The notes beneath the pieces were generated by a model. That model searched no databases. It was not told the origin of the DNA and was given only the letters and a program-made list of their open reading frames with translations. DNA of 64,000 nt from Azolla caroliniana (lineage: Eukaryota > Plantae > Polypodiophyta). The position numbers and the translations under genes are program-made. The stretch covers positions 8,742,001 to 8,806,000 of the forward strand of contig JBHGNT010000008.1 of assembly GCA_043228905.1 (NCBI GenBank), written 5' to 3'. Of this stretch, positions 13,301-24,321 are shown in pieces. Each line of letters starts with the position of its first letter. Position 1 is the stretch's first letter.

Positions 13301-14547
13301 GGGATAGTTGTTTTCCTTCCGGCCCAGCGTTGCCCAACCTGACAACTAATGTCTCCTAGTTGTCCGGGAGGGAACCGAGCAGGAGCAATGCTAGTACCTC
13401 ATCGGTGAGAGGTACTTCCAACGATGTTGCCTGGTGAATCATCCCCTGGAAGGCATTCATGTGCTCCGCCATGCTAGAGCCAACTTGGTACCGGAGCCGC
13501 ACTAGCTTCCAGAATATCGAAACCCGATTAACAACATTTTTGTTCTGGAACATAATGCCGATCTTCTCCTAGAGCTCATGAGCCTTACTCTCCTCATTAA
13601 AGTTGTTGTACAGGCTCATGTCGATAAAGCACCGTATGTACATCGTTGTCTTCATGTGCATCACCTCCCATACCGTGGCATCGATCTTCTCTGGTCTCTT
13701 GTCCCCGAACTGAACCGGCAACCAAAGATCTTTAACCATGAGCATGTCCATTATCTTCGACTTCCACACTGAGTAGTTGGAGACGGTGAGCTTGAACGTG
13801 CCTCCCAACAAATCTTCCATTTTTCTATGTCGTTTCGCTCTGATACCAATTTGTCATGAATATGCAGAATAATGCTCGGCCACAACCGAGTCTTCAATCA
13901 CTTCATTAAGAATTACAAACACAGAAATGGGAATGTGGAGATAGATGCATTTATACACAAAACATTGTAACAAGAGAGTACACAAGATGTTAACGTGGAA
14001 AAAACCCTAAACGGGAAAAACACGGAACCCCACAGACTCCAAACTATCACTATGTCGAGAGGAATACAACAGGTAAACACGGAGGCAACGACCTCGTCCT
14101 CACGCTCTTCGCCTAGCGGCGGTTACAACAGAGACTTACTCTATTTCTCTCTCTCTCTCTCTCTGTTATGCTCTGTACAACAATTACACTCAATAACTCT
14201 ATACAAAATAATGACAACACACACACTCTCAGTTTGACCTAGGTCATATTTATACTAATATGACATTAGGACTATTTACAGATATGGCCCTAATGGGCTC
14301 TCAGAAACATATTTCCATATATGTACTTCATCCGGTGAGACCTTCTCACCGGGCCTGGATCATCCGGTTCTCACCGGGTCTTCCTTGCCAGGTACTCATC
14401 ATCCGGTTCTCACCGGGTCTTCCTTGCCAGGTACTCATCATCCGGTTCTCACCGGGTCTTCCTTGCCGGGTACTCATCATCCGGTTCTCACTGGGTCTTC
14501 AGTTGCCGGGTACTCATATCCCATCCGGAGGGACCGAAATCCTAACA
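10390..14547 (-). mobile_element. Copia element D, 3'-truncated at element C
   Basis: 5' LTR 13852-14547 (TGTTAGG...CATGACA); tRNA-iMet PBS TGGTATCAGAGC at 13837-13848; gag from 13820, CFFCGKSRHFQKNC knuckle, protease, LWHKRLCH, integrase, RT LLLYVDD. Confidence 0.9.
14355..14520. repeat. 39-bp tandem repeat (about 4 copies) inside the Copia D LTR
   Basis: Unit GGTACTCATCATCCGGTTCTCACCGGGTCTTCCTTGCCA. Confidence 0.9.
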
Positions 14548-16520
14548 CTGGGTTCGGTATGAAGGTGCCAATACGGAAGAGGGTGCGGAACGAGTTGCCC
14601 TCTCTACATGGGGAGAAAGATCGACCAAGACAAAGGTCGGAATTCAGGAAGAAGATGATCGAGAGTATGGAACGTGTCCAGCGGGATCGGCATCGGAGCC
14701 GAAACTCCGAACATTGGAGAATCAAGCCCAAGCGGGGCTTGATAGATCATAGAGTGGATGTTTTCCACTGATACCACTAAAAGGGTCAGTGGCCTTGGAC
14801 GAGTCATCGGGAGCCATTTTGGAATCAGTGCCCCCACATCTCATCCGAAGACTCCAGTAGCCAGCCCGATAGCCAACATGAGACCTAGAGAGATGGAAGA
14901 TGGAGGCGGGAGCACAACAAGAAGGTCGACGACGAGTTCGAGAGAAGAACACAGAAGCGGAGGAACGTAGACCAGTCCTATGGGTCACCTCACACTCGGC
15001 TAGAGACTTCGGCGGTTGGCATCGGATCCGACGTAAGACCAAGATACTGACGGTGACGGCAGGAGAACGGGATCCAGTGATGCAGAGAGAGATCGGATGA
15101 GAACCCGGAGAGCGGACTTCCGGATAACCGATCCGGAAGGGAGGAGGAAACAGGCCTACGAAGAGGCCAGAACACGGCCCACGGGAGAGGGTGCGGAGCA
15201 AGCCACCCTCTCGACATGGGGAGAAGGAAGACCCGGGATAGGGTCGGAAAGACGAGAGGCCCAAGGAGGATCCTTCACACCGGATCTAGAGACTTCGGCA
15301 GTCAACAGTGGAGCCAACGTAAGACCAAGAGACTGACGGTGACAGCGAGGGGACGAGGGCAAACGCAGTGGTGGGGCAATCCTACAACGATCCTCACACC
15401 GATCCGAAGACTCCGGCAGTTGGCCCAAGAGCCAGCGTGAGACCTAGAGAGAAGGACGGTGGTGGCAGGTGAACGAGATCCGACAAAGCAAGGGCCGAAA
15501 GAGAGGAAAGAGGTATAAGGCCGGTGACGCGGCCACAAACCAGATACGAACCCGATCGGCAGGGGTCAGCAGGACGAAGACGGGACGCGCTTGGTATACG
15601 AGGCGGTGGCTGAGACATATCGGAGACCGGACAAGGATCCTTTACACCGGGCTAGAGACTTCGGCGGTCAGCATCAAATCAATGTAAGACCAAGATACTG
15701 ATGGTGGTAGCGAGGGGATGAAGGCCGTAGCACCAGAGGCGCCGAGCAACCAAGGCATCGCGAGAACGACGAAGGCCAGGCGGGTCGAAATGGGCAAGGG
15801 TGATCCTTCGTGGGTAGCAGCACGGGAAGCTACCAAGGACACCCAAGCGGGGAGAGGTGTGTCAAGCCGAAAAGGGCACACCCAAAAGCGGATCAGAAGA
15901 CGTGTGTGTGGCCATCGAGGGCCGAAGTAAAGCACGGGTACAGGGCGGTGTTCGGCACAGGCGGTGCCGAGCAAGGAAGGTGGAAGATGGCACATGGTGG
16001 TGCCGGGTCGGAAACTGGGCGCAAAGAAGGATTGCACAGTTCGGTGGTCTCACAAAGAAGGTCGGGGAGGGATCCTCCACACCGGTTCCGGAGACTTCGG
16101 CAGTTCGGTCGTCGTGGCAATGTAAGACCGAGGAGAAGGAAGGTGATGGTGAGGGGACAAATGCAATGAACAATGGCACAGAACGGCAATCAGGACGACG
16201 CAAAGATTGACAAAGGCTAAGCAGGCCACTACTGGTGTCCCGCGGGCGGAAGACACCGAGCATACGGCGGGATGCGGAGCGTGCATACGGTCGATCAAGG
16301 GCCACAGGATGAGCACACGTACGAGAGAAGATTACGGCAAACGACTAGTCAAGCAAGGTCAACAAGGATAGTCATGGAGGCGCACTCTCGAAAGTCGACA
16401 GATCGGTGTCGGTAATAGCCGGCAAGGCAATCAGGTGTCGGGATGGCGGAGAACCCGGTTGATCACAGTCACCGAAATCTCTCACCTTTTCCTTTCATGG
16501 CACATACTGGTGGATGTATT
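14548..16520 (+). repeat. Internal region of element B with a dispersed ~60-70 bp motif
   Basis: CACACC..(T/G)AGAGACTTCGGC(A/G)GT..GTAAGACC motif at about 14838, 14988, 15270, 15390, 15637 and 16070; start of the motif also at about 3597. Confidence 0.7.
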
Positions 16521-16536
16521 GTTTGGTGGGGGTGGA

Positions 16537-17370
16537 TGCCGTGAAGATTTCCAACTTTGGTGTGAAACCGGGATGGAATAGGCAAGTTGGCAATGTGCAA
16601 CATGTGCACATGTATAGTAGGAAAATGGTGTATAGAATAAGGGGGAGGATTTATCCCACATTCTAACATCCCTCCCTCCTTGGGCTATAAAAGGAAGGGA
16701 GGGTCCCTTGTAAAAGGGTTTCCCATTTTGAGTTAGAAGGGTATACCATTAGGTCCAAGGTATGATAATCTTTCTTCTTCTTACTTTCTTGTTTTCTGTT
16801 AAGGTTCTTCGAGTTCTTCTTCTTCTTCTTCTTCTTCTTCTTCTTCTTCTTCTTCTTCTTCATCGTCGTGTGGGTTGAGTCTTCGTGTCTATTTAGGGTT
16901 TAGTCCAGTTAGGAGCTCGTATGTCTAAAGGGGTTTAGGCTTCTGCCATGTCTCCTATGCAAGACCCCGCTCGGCGCGACGAGCCCGAGAGCTCCCTGAT
17001 CGGCGGCTTGGCAGCAAACTGTTGTTGTAACCTATCCTACCTTGGTCCGACTCAAAGTTGGGGTTGTATCTTGCTCTTGTACATATATAGTGAAGTTTTG
17101 TGCATATGTTTCTGTGTCTGTGTCTTCGGAGTTTCTTCTTTCCTTTTCTATACATAAGTAGCGTGCGTTGAGTCGGTGTTGTACGTATTCTCTCTCTCTC
17201 CCTCTCTCATGTTCGATATCCTCCGGTACACATCCAGAATCATTCCAGTTAGTGCTATAGCCAGTGCACCTGAGACCGGAGAGGGTCGGTCTCCCAGCAT
17301 CCATCTCTTCCTCGTCCGAGACCCCCGTGGTCCCGCCCCTTTCGACACATACTCGCGGATTACCACGACA
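16537..17370 (+). repeat. 3' LTR of element B with an expanded (TTC)n tract
   Basis: TGCCGTG...CACGACA termini; homologous to 1828-2613. Confidence 0.85.
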
Positions 17371-17465
17371 ACGGGTTAACCAAATCTTGGAACAATACTT
17401 GCGGTGCTCTCTTAGTTACCAACAAGACAACTGGGTTGACCTTCTCCCACTTGCCGAGTTCGCCT
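17371..17465 (+). pseudogene. Chromovirus integrase fragment duplicating about 1668-1760
   Basis: RVNQILEQYLRCSLSYQQDNWVDLLPLAEFA; nucleotide match to the left flank of element B. Confidence 0.85.
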
Positions 17466-20400
17466 GTTCGTGACAAAAGGACAGAAGGTCGAGTCGGACA
17501 TCGACCTGTGGCACAAGCGATTCAGCCACATTAACATCCCACGACTTCGTGAAATGCAGATGAAGAACATTGTTTTCAATTTGCCGAAATTTCAGGGCCG
17601 TAATGGCCAAGTCTGCGAAGCCTGCCAACTAGGGAAGCAACACCGACTTCCGTTCCCAAATGAGCATAATCAAAGTCGAAATCCGCTCAACTTTATCCAT
17701 TCGGATGTATGGGAACCATCACAAAATGTGGGTCTTGGTGGAAGTCGTTACTTCGTAACCTTGATCAATGACTTCACTCGGCACACCTAGGCGTGCTTGA
17801 TCACGAGAAAGAGTGAAGTCTTCGCGTGGTTCCTGAAGATGAAGAACCTTGCGGAAAGGGAAACTGGGCGTAAGATCAAGTGCCTACGGTCCGATGGCAG
17901 GAAGGAGTACTTCTCTAACCAGTTCACAGGTTATCTACATAAGGAGGGAATTCGACGTGAATTCTCATGTAGATATATGCCGGAGCAGAACGACATAGCC
18001 AATTGGAAGAATCGGACAATCGAAGAAGCGGCCAAGGCAATGCTTGAAGAGAAGCATATGCCGAAGTTTTACTGGGAGGACGGTTGTTTATTTGTAGAAT
18101 TGGACTTCTGCTAATAGAGGAGTGTCGCCACACGAGTTGTATTTCAGAAAGAAGTTGAACTTGGCACACTTGAGGATTTTCGGCAACATTGCGTATGTGC
18201 ATGTTTCGAAGGAGAAGAGGAGGAAGCTGGATGCCAAAGCCGAGAAGTGTATCTTGGTCGGCTATTCAGACGAGCAGAAGGGGTATAAGTGTTATAACCC
18301 CCGAACAAAGGAAGTTCATGTAAGCCCAAATGCCGTATTCGACGAGTCTGCTTCGTGGTACTTGCCTTCACCTCCAATACCTCATGACTCCATTCCGAAT
18401 TCTGAAGAAGAGATCAGCGAGGCTGAGCTGCCTCCGCGTGATGAGGAAATTGGAGCTCTGACAGAGAGTCCGATCTCATTTCGGCTAAGCGGGCCGAATG
18501 AGGAGTTGGGCCGAGATGGCCAACCAAATGAAGAGTCGGCGAGTAGTGGAGACTCGGTTGTGTTGTCCCCGCGTAAAGAACCAAGGAGACGGTTTACGAG
18601 TAAAGAAAACGAGAAGAAGAAAATGTCAGAATACGATTTCGACAGTGCCGAGTTAGATCGGAGCAAATCTGACTTCGGGCCAATTGAGAAGGAACCTCCG
18701 TGGAAAAAAGGTCGTGAAATCGGGTAATCACAAATTACGTCGATCTACCCACCTGAAGAACCCCGTAAAGAGGTACGGGTACAATGAATACATGGCGCAC
18801 CATTATGCGTACATGACACAAGTGGCGGAAGTGCATGAGCCGGAGAGCTACGCAGAAGCAACGGAAGACACAAATTGGCGTGCCACGATGGAGGAAGAGA
18901 TGCGCGCATTATTGGACAACCAGACTTGGGACCTGGTTGACACCCCTAAAGGTGTTAAGCCGATCGGATGCAGATGGGTGTTTAAGGTGAAATACAACAC
19001 CAACAGCTCAATCAACCGATATAAGGCATGTTTGGTTGCGAAAGGCTACGTGCAGAAGCACAATGTCAATTACGATGAGACCTTCGCGCTGAACAGAACA
19101 CTTTGGCAGTCTGCCGATTGAAGAAGGCGTTATACGACCTTAAGCAAGCCCCGCAAGCTTGGAACATGAAGATTACGCAATGGTTGCATAGAATGGGGCT
19201 TACAACGTCCAAATCGGACTCCTCATTGTTCATTCGACAAGGATCGGTTTGTCTTTTACTTTATGTTGATGATTTAGTCATCGTTGGTGCTGACCTGGAA
19301 GAAATCGGTCGTGTAAAGTCTCAGCTTGCGGCATCGTTCGAAATGAAGGATCTTGGCGACCTTCATTACTTCCTCGGGATTGAAGTGATCCGTTCCCCCA
19401 AAGGCATATTGATCAGTCAACATCATTACGCGCTGAATATGCTCTTCAAGTTCGGGATGGTAGATTGTAAGCCCATCTCGACCCCTCTGGATAGAAACGT
19501 AAAGCTTCGCCGAGATTCAGGAAAGGCGTGCGACCCGACACGGTTTCAACAGATTGTCGGAAGCCTCATCTACTTGACGATCACTCGGCCGGACCTCAGC
19601 TATTTGGTCTAAATGATCAGTCAATTTATGTCACAACCCATGACTGAACACCTTCAGTGCGCGCAAAGGATATTACAATATGTCAGTGGCACGAAAGACA
19701 TGGCGTTGTTGTATCATGCAGACGTAGCCGAGCAGTTAGTCGGCCACATGGATGTCTATTAGGCCAGAAATGCTCACGATCGTACATCCACATCCGGATA
19801 TGCATTTTCATTGGGAAGTTTGGCGATTGCGTGGAGTAGTACGAAGCGGCCAACAGTAGCACTGTTGAGCACAGAGGCCGAATATCAAGGGGCGATTGTC
19901 GCTATGTGCGAAGTCATTTGGCTAAAACGACTATCGGGATATGCACGTAGAGGTGTCCGATCCAATGACGATCTATTGCGACAACCTCAGCAGCATCCAC
20001 CTTGTGAAAAACCATGTATTCCACGCTCGGACCAAGCACATTGAGGTGCACTACCATTTTTTCCGCGAGCGTGTCCTTTCTGGTGAAGTCGAACTGGTGT
20101 ATGTTCCGACAGGTCGATAGATTGCCGACATCTTCACCAAGCCCCTTGGTCTCGACAAGTTACGGCATTTCTCGGTTGCGTTGGGTTTGCGGCACCTCGA
20201 CATGCTGAACTTGGGGGGGAGACAGGAACAGGAATAGGAGCATGAAAGGAGCAGTAGTAACCGTGATGCCGAATCGGATGAAGAATTCGATTTCGGGCCG
20301 GCTGAAGAAGCCGAAAAAGAAAACAGGGGTCGTAATCGCAAGGAAGAGCCGAAGACAGTCGAACAAAGGGGAAACAAAGCCAAGAAAGGCGTAAAGGCCA

Positions 20401-21202
20401 AGACTAAGACATGGTCGGACATAGTTAAGGGCTTGAAGACAGAAGACGAATTGGAGACAACCAATTCGGGTGAAAGCGGGAATGAATCGAAAATGTTCGA
20501 TTCAATCGTAATGTTCGATTCAATCGTAATGTTCGATTCAGATACGCCGAATCAACTTAGGGCCAAGTGGAGAAAAGAGCAGCGAAAGAGGTGCCAACAC
20601 CGCGACAGCAAGGGAGCTAAGAAAGGTTGCATGAGCAGACAAGCTGACCGGAAGGGACGAAGCGCGCGGAAACGAACGGGTCGAGGAGTGCAAGCGAGGC
20701 ATGAAGCCAAGAGAGGCCGGAGCGAAGATCCGGAAAAGCATATGGAACCTCAAGTTGAGCTTGAGGGGGAGTGTTGAGAGACAAGCTCAACATTGGGAGC
20801 GTAAACGAGTGCGTAACCCAGTGCGTAGACTGGGTGCGTAAAACCGTGCACAAAATATGGTCATAGCGGTATGTAAACCGAGAGGCCGTTAGAATGTTAT
20901 TCCTCGTAAGGAATAATTTTGGGGGTAAGTGTATGATGCTCATTTATGAGCAGTCAAGTATTGTAAGTACTTATGTCAGCCCGATAGTCAGGGCTTGTAT
21001 AAAAGGTGCTCACTGAGCACCAAGTATATACAAAGAACATACAGAGAATTATTTTTGAATATAGTTACGTTTCTGCTCTCTCTCTATCTCTCTGTTTCTC
21101 CCTCTCCTTCTCTGTGATTTCTGTGTTTTATCGATCTGTCGTAATTTTGAACTATGTACTTAGTGTCTTACGCATACGCTTCCGCACACGTATTCTTTTG
21201 CA
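17466..21202 (+). mobile_element. Copia element E, 5'-truncated (GAG-pre-integrase, INT, RT, RH, 3' LTR about 20772-21202)
   Basis: LWHKRFSH; CLRSDGRKEY; LLLYVDD; TKHIEVHYHF; PPT TTGAGGGGGAG followed by TGTTGAG. Confidence 0.85.
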
Positions 21203-22165
21203 ATGAGCTAACTCCCTACGAGCTCCTTGTCGGAAGGAAGTCGATCCTGACACACCTCAAAGTGTTCGGAAGCATTGCGAATGTATGCATCCCAAACGAA
21301 CAACAACAGAAGCCCGACGCAACGTCGGAGGAATGTATCCTCGTAGGATACTCGTCCGAGAAGAAGGCATACAAGTGCTTCAACCCCTCGACCCGAGTTG
21401 TTCCGATAAGTCGGGATGTAGTCTTCGACGAATCAGCATCTTGGTATAAGCCCAATTCAGCTCCACCCGACCCGACCAATGAAGAGTACAATATTCGGTA
21501 TATTGATGTGAAGAGTACAATATCGACCTTCAAGCATTCCAAGCACGTCGCGGCCAAGTATGACCTTGGACAAAGGCAAAGGTAAGATGCCCGAAGACGA
21601 AGTCAACCACCCTGACGACAATGATTCGGATGTGTCGGCTCCCTCACTAGAGAGTGAGTTTGGTGTACCCATCATGCGGACACCCGGAGTAAAGAAGGCA
21701 CTCACATCGGTGAGGGAAAAACTTTGACGCTCTTCTAAAGAGAAGAATCTCGTCGCTCGACTCGGCTACAATGAGTACATGGCCCATCATTATGCCTTCA
21801 CGATGAAGATAGCGGCCGAACAAGAGCCCAAGAGCTCTACAAAAGTGGCTCATAACCCACGATGGGTAGAAGTAGTCGGCCTTCACCCACACTCTACAAG
21901 CCTTCGTCACCGTCTTGAGGGGGAGGAACCGAGATTGCCTCGGAAAGGCCAAAGAAAGCCGAAGGCCAAATGAAAGCACACGAAGCCGATGAAAGCCAAA
22001 GCGGATGTTGAACGCCTCACACTTGGGCTTGAGGGGACACGTTGAGAGATCGAGCTCAACTTAGTTTAGTTATTTAGTCAACCATGTAACTTCGTAGTTA
22101 CCTAGATAGAATCTAGTTAGGAATGTTGACTATAAACCCTTAAATAGGATTTTGTACTTGTACAC
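21203..22165 (+). mobile_element. Copia fragment F (integrase C-terminus, internal deletion, start of 3' LTR at about 22039)
   Basis: LTPYELLVGRK..HLKVFG..CILVGYS..AYKCFNP; PPT and LTR start similar to element E. Confidence 0.7.
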
Positions 22166-24321
22166 ATAGTATGTAAATTTCATGTTCATCTACTATATCA
22201 TTTGTTTTCCTACGTTGGAAAACGAACACGAATGATATTCAAAATTCATGTGTTTTTTTTTCCTTTTTTTCTTTTTTTTCTTTTTTTCCTTTTTTTTTTC
22301 TTTTTTCTCTCTTTTTCCCCCTTTTCCCCCTTTTCCTCTACACATCAACATTACGCTCTCCTCTCCTCTCCCACCTAGCCTCGAACGATCTGTTGCTTGA
22401 ACTATCTGCATACCAACGAGACTCAAGTATGTTTAGGGTTAATAATAGGGTTTTAAGTTGTTTGAACTTTAGGTCATAATAATATGCTATGTAGTATAGA
22501 AATTTCTGTAATTTTTCAATAATTTCTGTAAATGTTTTGTAATTTTTGTAATTTTTGTAATTTTTTGTAATTTTTGTAATTTCTATCATTTCTGTAATTT
22601 CTTTATAAGTTTTGAAATTTCTACATCATTTCTTTGTGATTCCTGTAATTTTTCTTTTATTTGTTCTATAATTTCTGTAATTTTTTTATAAAGTTTGTAA
22701 TTGCTTTAATTTTTCTATAATTTCTATCATTTTGAAGTAATTCGTGTAATGTCTATACACACATACTAAGCTATATAGTACAAAATATATATGCACAAAA
22801 ATTACAATAAATAGATTTTGATATTTACGTTTTACATTAATTTAGGAACTAATGGGTAGACAAAAGGGACTAGAGTGGGAACATGTTCTAATTCAAGTAA
22901 AGAATGCAAAAGGAACGCATTTGATGAAATGCAAATATTGTAATCATGTCTTTGTTGGTGGCCCTCATCGAATTAGGGCCCATATATTGGGAATAAGAGG
23001 ACAAGGTGTAGAAAAATGCACAAAAGCAAGTGATATCGTGAGGAGTCAATTTAAAAAATGCAATGGTTCATGGAAATGATCACTTGAATTCAAATGTACA
23101 AACAGATGCAAATAGTAATACTATTGTGAATGCTAATGCAAATGCGTCTACAGATGCCTCTATTTCTAGTTCCATTTCAATGAATAAAATGGCTACTAAA
23201 AAGCAAAAAATAGAGATGACTGGTTCACTCCCAATGTCTTTTGAATTGGAAATGAGGAAACAGGCAGAAGAGGCTATTGCAAGATGTTTTTATGCGGAAG
23301 ATATTGCACATCGGAAAGTGGAAAGCTCATTTTTCCATGATATGCTTATGGCTATTTCAAAGTTGGTCCTTCGTTTAAAGCACCTTTTGCTTATCAATTG
23401 CGTAAGAAATATCTTAATGGAGAAGTTGTAAATGTTGAGCATGATCTTATATTGTTGAAAGAGAGTTGGAAGACACATGGATGCACTATTGTTAGTGATA
23501 GTTGGTCATACACTAGAAATAGACCAATTATTAATGTTTTAGCTTCTTCACGACATGGCACAATGTTTTTGAAATCAATAGATATAAGTGGTCATGTCAA
23601 GACAGGTGAAAACATATTTAAAATTTTGAAGGATGTTATTCTTGAAGTTGGACCATCAAATGTAGTTCAAGTTTGTATGGATAATGTCGCAAATTGTGTG
23701 GTTGCGGGACATATGATAGAAAAGGAGTGGCCATCTATAATTTACACTAGATGCACTTGCCATTGTGTTGATTTGTTGTTGGAGGATATTGCCAAATGTG
23801 CTTGGATTGATGCCATTTTGCGATCACTGTTACCCGGTCGGCAAAGGAGTTAAAGACCAGAATGTGAAAGGGATTGTATATTCGGAATCTATTATAATTA
23901 AGTAGTTTATGAGACGTGAACGGACGAACCGGAATCAGTATGCCGATCCGGATCCGGACCGGTTCTGAACAAGTGCCAGCACCGTTTTGTACTCAGCACC
24001 AGTGACCTATATAAAGGCCCGGTTACAATGTAAAACTTTGACGGATAATTAATAGAGCTTCTTGTTTTATCTTTATGTGTTGATTACCGTTCTGTGCTAA
24101 TTGCTCTATCATACACATGTATCAAGTCTAATGCCATATTGCTAAGTAACCAATTAAAGTCTGGTTAATCGTTGAGTCTTAAGTTATCTCGCCGTAGCAC
24201 CCCTTTGGTGAAGTGTCTTCCGTAGACACCCTATGTTAGGCCATCGTCCGGCCCTAAGGAATAACACAGTTTTTGGCGACCACGATTCCTGCACAATCGC
24301 AACGAACAACGGCGGGAATGG

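Larger units (their letters stand above)
1828..17370 (+). mobile_element. Non-autonomous Gypsy element B (tRNA-Trp primed; gag remnant plus repeat region, no pol) hosting nested elements C and D
   Basis: Homologous LTRs at about 1828-2613 and 16537-17370; PBS after the 5' LTR; purine-rich tract TGGTGGGGGTGGA before the 3' LTR; gag remnant at about 2650-3500 homologous to the gag of element C. Confidence 0.75.

Noticed and set aside
14830-16140. Repeat-spacer pattern resembling a CRISPR array
   Set aside because: Repeats are long and degenerate, spacers are irregular, there are no cas genes, and it lies inside a eukaryotic LTR element
16663-16863. Poly-lysine ORF
   Set aside because: Antisense reading of a (TTC)n microsatellite in an LTR
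22193-22426. Lys/Glu-rich ORF
   Set aside because: Antisense reading of a T/C-rich low-complexity tract near the hAT end
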